Notes under the pieces: model-generated
Database searches by the model: none
Told to the model about the DNA's origin: nothing
Seen by the model: only the letters and a program-made list of their open reading frames with translations
Part shown: positions 7,904-15,884 of the stretch, piece after piece
Layout of the letters: every line of letters starts with the position of its first letter
How positions within the stretch are numbered: position 1 is the stretch's first letter
Assembly: GCA_963809425.1 (NCBI GenBank)
Contig: CAWEJK010000009.1
Coordinates: 77,228-141,227, forward strand
Direction: 5' to 3'
DNA length: 64,000 bases
Source of the DNA: Thermoanaerobaculia bacterium
Lineage (GTDB): Bacteria > Acidobacteriota > Thermoanaerobaculia > UBA5066
Program-made: the position numbers and the translations under genes

Positions 7904-9621
7904 TTCAAACGCCCCGGGGCCGAAAGGGCCGTGTATCGGGGCTCGCCGTCGACGTCGCGCTGATCGTCGCGCTCGGTGCGCTCGTCGCCGGAGTCGTCGG
8001 GCTTGCCCAGCGATGGGAGGCGCCGATTCGCCAGGCCGTGGAGATCGATCTCTCGCCCTCGGCACTGCCTCTCTACACCCTGCTTTCGTTGTCGCGCGGC
8101 TTCGCGGCGTACCTGCTGTCGCTCGCCTTCACGCTCACGTACGGGACGATCGCGGCCCACGGCAAGCGCGCCGAGAAAGTGATGCTGCCGCTCCTCGACA
8201 TCGGGCAGGGCATTCCGGTGCTCGGCTTCCTCCCGGGCCTCGTCCTCGGAATGGTCGCGCTCTTCCCGCGCACGAACGTCGGCCTCGAGCTCGCCTGCAT
8301 CGTCATGATCTTCACCGGGCAGGTCTGGAACATGACGTTCTCCTACATCGGCTCCCTGCGGTCGATTCCGGAGGAGCTGCACGAGGTCGCCCGCATCCAT
8401 CGCTTCTCGTTCTGGAAGCGCTTCCGGACCGTGGAGCTGTCGTCCTCCGCCATCGGTCTCGTCTGGAACTCGATGATGTCGATGGCAGGCGGCTGGTTCT
8501 TCCTGACCGTCAACGAGGCGTTCACGCTCGGCGACCGGGATTTCCGGCTTCCCGGCATCGGCTCGTACATGGCCGTCGCCATCGAGAAGGGCGACGGGCG
8601 GGCCATGGCGTGGGCGATCGTCGCGATGGTCGTCATGATCGTGGCCTGCGACCAGCTTCTCTGGCGTCCCCTCGTCGCCTGGTCGCAGCGCTTCCGCAAC
8701 GCGGACGTCGAAGGCGAGGCGGCGCCCGAGTCGTGGGTCCTGAACCTCGTCCGCCGGTCGACGTTCCTCAGAAGGGCTCGCCTCCGCAGGCGCCGCCGCC
8801 GCCGCACCATCCCTCCGTCTCCTGCCCCGGTGCCCGCCGTCGCGCCCGCGCCCGACGCGGGAGGCGATCGCGTCCGCAACGGCGTCCTCGCCGCCGTCGG
8901 CCTCGCGGCGCTCGTCGGCGCGCTGTTCGGAGCGTGGAAGCTCGTGGGGCTCCTCGCGCGGATCCCCGCCGGCGAGTGGGCGGTGCTGGTCGGAGCCCTC
9001 GGGGCGACGTTCCTGCGAACCCTCGCGGCCCTCGCTCTCGCGACGGCGTGGACGCTGCCGATCGGAATCCTCGTGGGCCGCTCCGCCGTCTGGTCGCGGC
9101 GCCTCCAGCCCTTCGTCCAGATAGTGGCGTCGTTCCCGGCCCCCATGCTCTTTCCAATCGTGACCGGTGTCCTCCTCGCATTCCGCGTTCCGTTCGCGGC
9201 GATCGCCGCGGTCCTCATGTTCCTCGGCGCGCAGTGGTACGTCCTCTTCAACGTCCTCGCGGGCGCGAGCGCCATTCCGCACGACCTCGACGAGGCCGCC
9301 GACGTCTACGCCATGAAGGGCGCCGCGCGCTGGCGCACGCTGTTCGTGCCGGCGGTGTTTCCCTTCCTCGTGACCGGCCTCGTGACGGCCGCCGGGGGCG
9401 CATGGAACGCGTCGATCGTCGCCGAGACGCTGACCTGGCGCGGCAGGACGCTCGAGACGTTCGGCCTCGGCTCGCTCATCACGAAGGCCACGCGCGACGC
9501 GAACTTCCCCCTCCTCGCCGCGGGAGTGCTCACGATGTCCCTCGCCCTCGTACTCCTGAACCGCCTCGTCTGGCGCCGCCTCTACCGCCTCGCCGAGACG
9601 AAGTACAGTCTCAACCGATGA
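7900..9621 (+). CDS. ABC transporter permease, duplicated (anion/nitrate-sulfonate-type fused permease)
   Basis: Two BPD-type permease halves joined by an Arg/Pro-rich linker. No ATG/GTG/TTG lies in frame between 7904 and 8037. CTG 7900 overlaps the upstream TGA as CTGA and retains the first TM helix, whereas GTG 8038 would remove it. Confidence 0.8.
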   Translation: MIQTPRGRKGRVSGLAVDVALIVALGALVAGVVGLAQRWEAPIRQAVEIDLSPSALPLYTLLSLSRGFAAYLLSLAFTLTYGTIAAHGKRAEKVMLPLLDIGQGIPVLGFLPGLVLGMVALFPRTNVGLELACIVMIFTGQVWNMTFSYIGSLRSIPEELHEVARIHRFSFWKRFRTVELSSSAIGLVWNSMMSMAGGWFFLTVNEAFTLGDRDFRLPGIGSYMAVAIEKGDGRAMAWAIVAMVVMIVACDQLLWRPLVAWSQRFRNADVEGEAAPESWVLNLVRRSTFLRRARLRRRRRRRTIPPSPAPVPAVAPAPDAGGDRVRNGVLAAVGLAALVGALFGAWKLVGLLARIPAGEWAVLVGALGATFLRTLAALALATAWTLPIGILVGRSAVWSRRLQPFVQIVASFPAPMLFPIVTGVLLAFRVPFAAIAAVLMFLGAQWYVLFNVLAGASAIPHDLDEAADVYAMKGAARWRTLFVPAVFPFLVTGLVTAAGGAWNASIVAETLTWRGRTLETFGLGSLITKATRDANFPLLAAGVLTMSLALVLLNRLVWRRLYRLAETKYSLNR

Positions 9622-10985
9622 GCGCCCGCCCGATCCCCACCGCCGCTCCCCCGATCGCCGCCGCCCGCGGCGTCGACAAGGTCTACGCCGACGAGGCGGG
9701 GCGGAATCGCGTCGTCCTCCAGCACGTCGATTTCGAGGTGAAGGCGAACGAAGTCGTGGCCGTCCTCGGGCCCTCGGGCTGCGGGAAGTCCACCTTGCTC
9801 CGCATTCTCATCGGTTTGATCCCACCGAGCGCGGGAACCGTCGAGCAGCACGGCAAGCCGCTCCTCGGCATCCACCCGGGCGCCGCCGTCGTGTTTCAGA
9901 ATTTCGCCCTCTTTCCGTGGCTGCCGGTCTCGGACAACGTGCGCGTGGGCCTGAACGGCCGCCCTCTGCCCGCTGGCGAGGCGGAGGAGCGCGTGAAGGC
10001 GGTGCTCGCGGCCGTCGGCCTCTCGGGCCACGAGCGCGACTATCCGAAGGAGCTTTCGGGCGGCATGAAGCAGCGCGTCGGGATCGCGCGGGCGCTCGTC
10101 GGGAGACCCGAGCTCCTCTGCATGGACGAGCCGTTCTCGGCCCTCGACGTATTGACCGCGGAGCTGCTCCGCACCGAGGTCTACCGCCTCTTCACGGAAC
10201 GGACGAGCGGGCTCTCGTCGGTCCTCCTCATCACGCACCTCATCGAGGAGGCCGTGTTCCTCGGCGATCGCATCGTGGTCATGGGCGCGAATCCCGGCAC
10301 GGTCCGCCGCACGATCGCGAACACGGTGCCCCACCCGCGCGAGTACCGGAGTCCCGCCTTCCTCGCGATGGTCGAGCTGATTCACGACGTCGTCACGCGG
10401 GTTCACCTCCCCGAAGAGGGAGAGGAAGAGCGCGTCTCCCGCGCCGCCGCGCGAACGACGGCGGCCCCGGGGCGGCGCGTCGCGGGCCCGGTCGCCCCCC
10501 TTCCGGCCGTGCGCATCGCCGAGATCCTCGGGCTTCTCGAGATCCTGGCGGATCACGCCGGCCGGATGAATCTCTTCGACATCGACGCGCTGACGGACTA
10601 CGACTTCGGGCGAACGATCGCGGTCGCGAAAGGCGCCGAGATGCTCGATTTCGTGGACACGCCGAAAAACGACGTCGTGCTCACGGAATCCGGCCGCCGG
10701 ATGGTGAACGCCTCGACCGCCGAGCGGCCCGTGCTCCTGCGCGCCGAGCTCCTCAAGCTCGGTGTCTTCTGCCTCGTCATCCGCGAGCTCGCGAAGGACC
10801 CCGACACGCCTCTCACGGGAGACGCCGTGCGCGATCTGCTCGCCGAACGACTTCCAACCGTGGACGCGTCGGAGCTCTTCGAGACGCTCCTCGGCTGGGG
10901 ACGATCCGGTCAGCTCTTCGAGTTCGACGCGGCGTCCGACGCGCTCGCGCTCTATTCGGGCCGGGAGGAAGGGGCCGGGGACTGA
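9618..10985 (+). CDS. ABC transporter ATP-binding protein with C-terminal accessory domain
   Basis: Walker A GPSGCGKST, signature LSGGMKQR, Walker B LLCMDEPFSALD. ATGA overlap with the permease. About 190 extra C-terminal residues. Confidence 0.9.
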   Translation: MSARPIPTAAPPIAAARGVDKVYADEAGRNRVVLQHVDFEVKANEVVAVLGPSGCGKSTLLRILIGLIPPSAGTVEQHGKPLLGIHPGAAVVFQNFALFPWLPVSDNVRVGLNGRPLPAGEAEERVKAVLAAVGLSGHERDYPKELSGGMKQRVGIARALVGRPELLCMDEPFSALDVLTAELLRTEVYRLFTERTSGLSSVLLITHLIEEAVFLGDRIVVMGANPGTVRRTIANTVPHPREYRSPAFLAMVELIHDVVTRVHLPEEGEEERVSRAAARTTAAPGRRVAGPVAPLPAVRIAEILGLLEILADHAGRMNLFDIDALTDYDFGRTIAVAKGAEMLDFVDTPKNDVVLTESGRRMVNASTAERPVLLRAELLKLGVFCLVIRELAKDPDTPLTGDAVRDLLAERLPTVDASELFETLLGWGRSGQLFEFDAASDALALYSGREEGAGD

Positions 10986-10986
10986 A

Positions 10987-11862
10987 ATGGCTCCGCTCCC
11001 ACGCCTCGTCTCCCGTACCGCCGCGGCGCTCTCGGAGAGGCGCGCGCGCCTCGACGTCCTTCTCGCGCGCCTTTCGGGCCCTCCGTCGGGCGAGGCTCTT
11101 CACGACCTCCGCGTCGCGCTGCGCCGCATCGCCGCTCTCGCGCGCCTGACGGGCGATGCGCCCCGAAAGGGCTCGGGCCGCGCCCTCAGGGTCGCGGCGC
11201 GGGATCTTCGCCGCGCCCTCTCGACGCGCCGCACAGAGGATGTCGCGCGCACGCTTCTCCTCGGCCGTTTCCGGAGGGATCCCCGGCGGCGGCCGGTCGC
11301 CGAGCGCCTCGCCGCGCGGCTCGCGAGAGAGGGAGATCCGGGCCCCTCCCCGGCGCGCACGCGCGACCTTCTCTCCCGGCTGCGACGCGCCTTTACGCGG
11401 CGCGAGGCGGCCCTGGCGCGCCTCCACGACCCCCTCACCGGGACCGCCGACCCCGGCACGGAGAAACGGCTCGCAAAGTGCGTCCGCCGGCGCCTGCGCC
11501 GGGCCGCGAAGCTACTTCGGGCCGCCGGAGTGCCCGGCCCTGCGGGCCTCCATCCGGCGCGCATCCTCGCCCGCGACCTCCGCTACGGCCTCGAATTCAC
11601 CGGCTCGGCGATGCCGGCGCCCGCCGTTCTCGTGCCCCTCCTCATGGATTTCCAGGACACCGCCGGAGCCGCGCACGACCTCTCGGAGCTCATCGTCCAG
11701 GTCCGGCGCCTCGCGGGACGCTCGCGAACGGCGGAGCGGCGCGCCGCGCTGCGCCTGCTGCCGCCGATCTTCGCGGGCGAGGAGCGCGCGCTTGCGCGCG
11801 CCCAGGCGTCCTCGAAGAGGCTTCTCGCGCGCCTCGAGGACATGGAGTTCGAATGGCCCTGA
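10987..11862 (+). CDS. CHAD domain-containing protein
   Basis: Arg-rich helical protein with HDLRVALRRI, ARDLRYGLEF and FQDTAGAAHD, which is typical of CHAD. Confidence 0.75.
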   Translation: MAPLPRLVSRTAAALSERRARLDVLLARLSGPPSGEALHDLRVALRRIAALARLTGDAPRKGSGRALRVAARDLRRALSTRRTEDVARTLLLGRFRRDPRRRPVAERLAARLAREGDPGPSPARTRDLLSRLRRAFTRREAALARLHDPLTGTADPGTEKRLAKCVRRRLRRAAKLLRAAGVPGPAGLHPARILARDLRYGLEFTGSAMPAPAVLVPLLMDFQDTAGAAHDLSELIVQVRRLAGRSRTAERRAALRLLPPIFAGEERALARAQASSKRLLARLEDMEFEWP

Positions 11863-13682
11863 AACGCGCACTCACGCGCCTTCTTGCCGTCTCGGCGATC
11901 GCGGCCGCGTGGTCCGCTTCGGGCGCCGATCCCGTCGCGCCGGCTCCCGGGCGGCGCGTCGTCGTCGTGTCGTTCGACGGCGCGGGCGGCCTCGAATTCG
12001 GGCGCCGCCTCGCGGGCGGCTTCTTCTCTCCGAACGGCTTCGTGCGCGCCTCGAAGGAGGGCGAGGTCGCCACTCGCCTCGCCGTCGTGACCCCCTCCCT
12101 GACGGCGGTCTCGCACGTCGCGCTCGCGACCGGCGCGCCACCCGGAATGACGGGAATCGTCGGGAACACATTCCATCCCGCGGGAACCGCTCTCGGGCAG
12201 CGGCGCCGCGGGTTCGACGTCGAACCCGAGACCGAAACGCTCTGGGAGGCCGCCGCCCGGCAAGGCAAGCGCGTCGCGTCCCTCAGCTTCCCGGGAGCCT
12301 CCCAGCGGACGGCCCGCACGCGCACGGCTCTGGCCCTGAACTTCAACGAGGCATTTCCGAGGGGCGTCTTCTGGAAGGGGTCGGCCGCCTCCACACCTTT
12401 CGCGGACGTCGCGAAGCTGCCGGCGGGTCTCGCCTCGTTCTCCCCGGCGAAGGCGTTCGACGTCGGCGGGGTTCCCTTTCTCCTCGTCGACTCGACGGAC
12501 GACGGCAGGACGAACTACGACATGCTCGCCGTCCCCGCGGCGGACGGAAGCGTTCGCGCGCGGGCCCGCGCGGGCGACTGGTTTCCCCTCGGTGAACGCC
12601 GGGACGACGGCGTCGAAGCGGGAGTTCTCTTCGGCCGCTGGTCGAAGCTCCTCGCGCTCGCCCCGGACCTGTCCTCGGTCGCGCTCTATCTCGGCGACCG
12701 CTATCGCACGTCGGCAGACCCTCCGGAGTTCCGGCGCGCGATCGAAGAAAAGGCCGGCTTCTGGCCGGGTCTGCCCGACGTGGCTTTCCTCCGGCGGAAC
12801 GATCCCGACATTCAGAGCTTCATGGAGCAGGCGCGCCGTTTCACGCGCTTCCTCGTGGACGCGTTCGACGTGGCCGACGAGCGGGGCGATTGGGACCTCC
12901 TGCTCGCTTACATCCCGATCCTCGATGAATGCGGGCACGACCTCCTCGTGACCGACCCGGCCCAGCCCTTCTACACGAAGGACCTCGCCGCGAAGGCGGC
13001 CGCCGCCCTCGACGAGGCCTGGCGCGCGGCCGACGAAGCCGCGGCGCGCTACGTCCGGTTTCGCGAGAAGGGGGACGTCTTCTTCGTGTCCGACCACGGC
13101 ATGCGCGCGGTGACCCGGTCGATCTTCCCGGCCGCGATCCTGGCGCGCGCCGGCCTTCTCGAGACGGCTCCCGGGCCGCGCGGCCGTCCGGAAACGGCGC
13201 CGGATTCGCCGCTCGAATTCATCGCCGCGAGCGGAGGCACGGGCTTCGTGGTCGTGAACCGTGCGAGCCTGCCCGGAGGCGTCGTGCCGGACGACCGGGC
13301 CGAGGCCGTCGTCTCGAGGGCCGCCGCGGTTCTCCGCGAGACACGCGACGAAAAGGGGGCGTCCGTCTTCGCCGTCGTGGCGGCGCGCACCGAGGCCGCT
13401 GCGCTCGGCCTCGGCCACCCGAACGCCGGCGACCTCGTCCTCATCGCGGCGGGCCCGCGCTACCTTCTCGGCGGGTTTCCGGCCGGCGGAGAGCCGGCGC
13501 CGCTCGGCCCGCCCGAGGTCCCCGGCCAGCACGGTTTCGATTCCGATCCGGCTCTCGACGGCCTGTACCTTCACGTGGGCGACGGAGTCGGGCCCGAACG
13601 CCTCGGCGTCGTCCGCGAACTGGACGTCGCCGGTTTCGTCGCCGCGCGTCTCGGCATCGCGCCCCCGGGACGGCGGCCGTGA
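11853..13682 (+). CDS. alkaline phosphatase family / nucleotide pyrophosphatase-phosphodiesterase-like protein, secreted
   Basis: Signal peptide MALKRALTRLLAVSAIAAAWSASG. Motifs VVSFDGAG, TPSLTAVSHVALATG, DECGHD and VSDHGM. Confidence 0.8.
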   Translation: MALKRALTRLLAVSAIAAAWSASGADPVAPAPGRRVVVVSFDGAGGLEFGRRLAGGFFSPNGFVRASKEGEVATRLAVVTPSLTAVSHVALATGAPPGMTGIVGNTFHPAGTALGQRRRGFDVEPETETLWEAAARQGKRVASLSFPGASQRTARTRTALALNFNEAFPRGVFWKGSAASTPFADVAKLPAGLASFSPAKAFDVGGVPFLLVDSTDDGRTNYDMLAVPAADGSVRARARAGDWFPLGERRDDGVEAGVLFGRWSKLLALAPDLSSVALYLGDRYRTSADPPEFRRAIEEKAGFWPGLPDVAFLRRNDPDIQSFMEQARRFTRFLVDAFDVADERGDWDLLLAYIPILDECGHDLLVTDPAQPFYTKDLAAKAAAALDEAWRAADEAAARYVRFREKGDVFFVSDHGMRAVTRSIFPAAILARAGLLETAPGPRGRPETAPDSPLEFIAASGGTGFVVVNRASLPGGVVPDDRAEAVVSRAAAVLRETRDEKGASVFAVVAARTEAAALGLGHPNAGDLVLIAAGPRYLLGGFPAGGEPAPLGPPEVPGQHGFDSDPALDGLYLHVGDGVGPERLGVVRELDVAGFVAARLGIAPPGRRP

Positions 13683-14334
13683 TCGCGCCGGACGTCCCGG
13701 TCGTGCATGTCGCGTGTGTCGTAACGCCAGGGGAAGTCGCGACGCAACCTTCCTGGACGCTTGGCCGGCTGGACGGCGCCCCGGCGGTGAGCATCGAGAC
13801 ACGCGCGCGATTCGCCGCCACGTCGGATCTCTTCGTCGTCCTCTTCGAGTCGACGGCCACGCCGCCGCTCGAGCTCGCGCACGCCGACGGCGAGGATGTT
13901 TTCCGCGACGAATGCGTCGAGCTGTTCCTCTGCGCGCCGCGGGAGCTCTTCGCGTACGACGAGATCGTCGTCAACGCGCGCGGCTCGATCTACGCGGCGC
14001 GCGTCGTGAATCCCGGCGAGAGCCGTGAAACGTGGACCGTCGTCGCCGGAGAGCGGCCGGCGGGAACGACAGTCGGCGTGCGGGGCGATCCGGCGACACT
14101 CGCCGGCGACGGAATGGACGCGATGGAGCTGTCGCCTCGCGATTCCGTGGTCTTCGCTCCTCTCCGGCCGCGCGCCGGCGGCGGGAGAGGAACGCCGGGG
14201 CAACGTCACGCGGATCGCGCGCGGGCGGTCGTACGGAGTTTCTGGCGCTGTCCCCGACGCTCCGCGCGAATCCGCCGGACTTCCACGTGCCGAGCCGCTT
14301 CGCCCGATTCGTCTTCGGAGGCGCCCCGGCCTGA
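13679..14334 (+). pseudogene. carbohydrate-binding family 9-like (DOMON-like) protein, readable only across three frames
   Basis: Piece 1 is VIAPDVPVVH...VRGDPATLAGD. Piece 2 is EWTRWSCRLAIPWSSL...RGNVTRIARG. Piece 3 is RTEFLALSPTLRANPPDFHVPSRFARFVFGGAPA*. GTGA overlap with the upstream stop. Frame changes fall near 14105 and 14225. Confidence 0.6.
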
Positions 14335-14336
14335 CG

Positions 14337-14747
14337 TCAGCGGGGCGGCTCCCCGCGAATTCCCTGCGCGTCGAGCCACACGCGAAGCTCCTCCCTGACG
14401 CGGCGATCCCGGAAGACGAACCACGCGTTCTCGTCGTTCGGCGACGTGAGGAGCACGTCGCGGAAGGCGCCCGGACCGCCGCTCTCCAGAGCCGCGAGGG
14501 CCTGCTCGCGCGCAGCGGCGTCCTCCATCTTCGGTGCGAAGGCACGGCAGCGGGCCGCGTCGACGTCCGAGGTCGACTTCGGGATCCTCAGGTAGCGGCC
14601 CGACCGCTCGTGGAGCAGCGCCTCCCGCAGCTCGGGCGAGCCGTTCAGGTGCGCGTGCACTTCGCCGGTCGCGCGGTCGAGAAAGTGATTCATGAGCATC
14701 GAACGCGCCGCGAAGGCGACCGTGAGCCCCTCCCAGTCGAGATCCAT
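14337..14747 (-). CDS. UPF0158-like hypothetical protein
   Basis: 136-aa ORF with normal composition (FLDRATGEVHAHL...ENAWFVFRDRRVREELRVWLDAQGI). Family assignment is from memory. Confidence 0.6.
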   Translation of the reverse strand: MDLDWEGLTVAFAARSMLMNHFLDRATGEVHAHLNGSPELREALLHERSGRYLRIPKSTSDVDAARCRAFAPKMEDAAAREQALAALESGGPGAFRDVLLTSPNDENAWFVFRDRRVREELRVWLDAQGIRGEPPR

Positions 14748-14766
14748 CGCACGCTATCGTATCCCC

Positions 14767-15861
14767 GTGGAAACGAGCCGCGAATCGGCGCGCGCCATCA
14801 CCCGCCGACTCGCGCGCTGGTACCGCGCGCACGGACGCTCCCTTCCGTGGCGCCGGACGCGCGACCCCTATGCGATCTGGCTCTCGGAGGTCATGGCGCA
14901 GCAGACGGCGATCGAGGTCGTGGTCCCGCGCTGGGAGCGCTTCCTGTCGCGCTTTCCGACCGTCGCGGCGCTCGCGCGCGCACCGGAGCGCGCGGTACTC
15001 GCCGAGTGGAGCGGTCTCGGCTATTACGCGCGCGCGCGGAATCTGCACCGCGCCGCGAAGGCCGTCGCGAGGGCGGGAGCGTTTCCGCGCACGTTCGAGG
15101 GCCTGAGGGCGCTTCCCGGCATCGGGGCGTACACGGCGGCCGCGGTCTCCTCGATCAGCTTCGGGATCCCCGAGCCCGCCGTGGACGGCAACGTCGTGCG
15201 CGTCCTCTGCCGTCTCCACGGCCTTCGCCTCGATCCGAAGACGCCCGCGACGCTCGCGAGAGTGCGCGCGCTCGCGCGGCCGCTCGTGCCCGCGCGGAGG
15301 CCCGGCGACCACAACCAGGCCGTCATGGAGCTCGGCGCCCTCGTGTGCACCCCGCGCGCGCCTCGCTGTGGCGCGTGCCCCCTGCGCGCGCTCTGCCGGG
15401 CCGCGGCGAGCGGGAAGCCGGAAGGCTTCCCGCGAAGGCCGCGCCGCCCGCAGCCGCGCGCGATTCATCTCGTTGCGGGCATCGTCGAAAGAAAGAAGAA
15501 GATTTTGCTCGTAGAAGACAAAGAGCTCGTGCCGGGACACCTCATCGTGCCTCTGTTTCGCACTCCTGCAGGGGAACGGCCTGCAAAGTTTCTTAGAAGG
15601 GGGTGGAAGCGGCTCACCGGCGGCACGGTCACCGCCGTATCGCGGGTAGCGACGCTTCGCCACTCGGTCCTCGATCGCCGCTATGTCGTCTCCCTCTTCA
15701 CCTTCAAAGAAAATCCACCGGCGCCCCTGCTTCCCCGCCCGCACGAAGCGGGCGGGATCCGTCTCCTCTCGTTTCGTCAGATTTCCCGGCAGGCTCACGG
15801 CGGCCTGCTGCTCAAAGTCCTCGCGGCCTGGCGTGCGCACCGCGCGCGCCAGGCCCGCTGA
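14767..15861 (+). CDS. mutY: A/G-specific adenine DNA glycosylase
   Basis: LPWRRTRDPYAIWLSEVMAQQT, helix-hairpin-helix LPGIGAYTAAAV, Fe-S cluster CTPRAPRCGACPLRALC, and a NUDIX-like C-terminal domain. GTG 14767 is preferred over ATG 14692, which overlaps the divergent gene. Confidence 0.85.
   Translation: METSRESARAITRRLARWYRAHGRSLPWRRTRDPYAIWLSEVMAQQTAIEVVVPRWERFLSRFPTVAALARAPERAVLAEWSGLGYYARARNLHRAAKAVARAGAFPRTFEGLRALPGIGAYTAAAVSSISFGIPEPAVDGNVVRVLCRLHGLRLDPKTPATLARVRALARPLVPARRPGDHNQAVMELGALVCTPRAPRCGACPLRALCRAAASGKPEGFPRRPRRPQPRAIHLVAGIVERKKKILLVEDKELVPGHLIVPLFRTPAGERPAKFLRRGWKRLTGGTVTAVSRVATLRHSVLDRRYVVSLFTFKENPPAPLLPRPHEAGGIRLLSFRQISRQAHGGLLLKVLAAWRAHRARQAR
15487..15719. repeat. three copies of the AT-rich repeat family in the mutY C-terminal domain (15487-15525+, 15583-15612+, 15691-15719-)
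   Basis: Sequences are gaaagaaagaagaagattttgctcgtagaagacaaagag, gcaaagtttcttagaagggggtggaagcgg and tccctcttcaccttcaaagaaaatccacc. They encode ERKKKILLVEDKE, AKFLRRGWKR and SLFTFKENPP. Confidence 0.8.
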
Positions 15862-15884
15862 GCCGTCAGCTATCCTCGCCGGGA

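Noticed and set aside
5933-8065. Very long ORFs antisense to, or overlapping, recognised genes. Examples are 5933..8065(-), 5572..6738(-), 11583..13802(-), 31423..34593(+), 47972..49909(-), 54963..56499(-) and 35143..36942(-).
   Set aside because: Their translations are Arg/Pro/Gly/Ala-rich and low in complexity, with no motifs. They lie opposite genes with clear family signatures. This is typical of stop-poor shadow frames in very GC-rich DNA.
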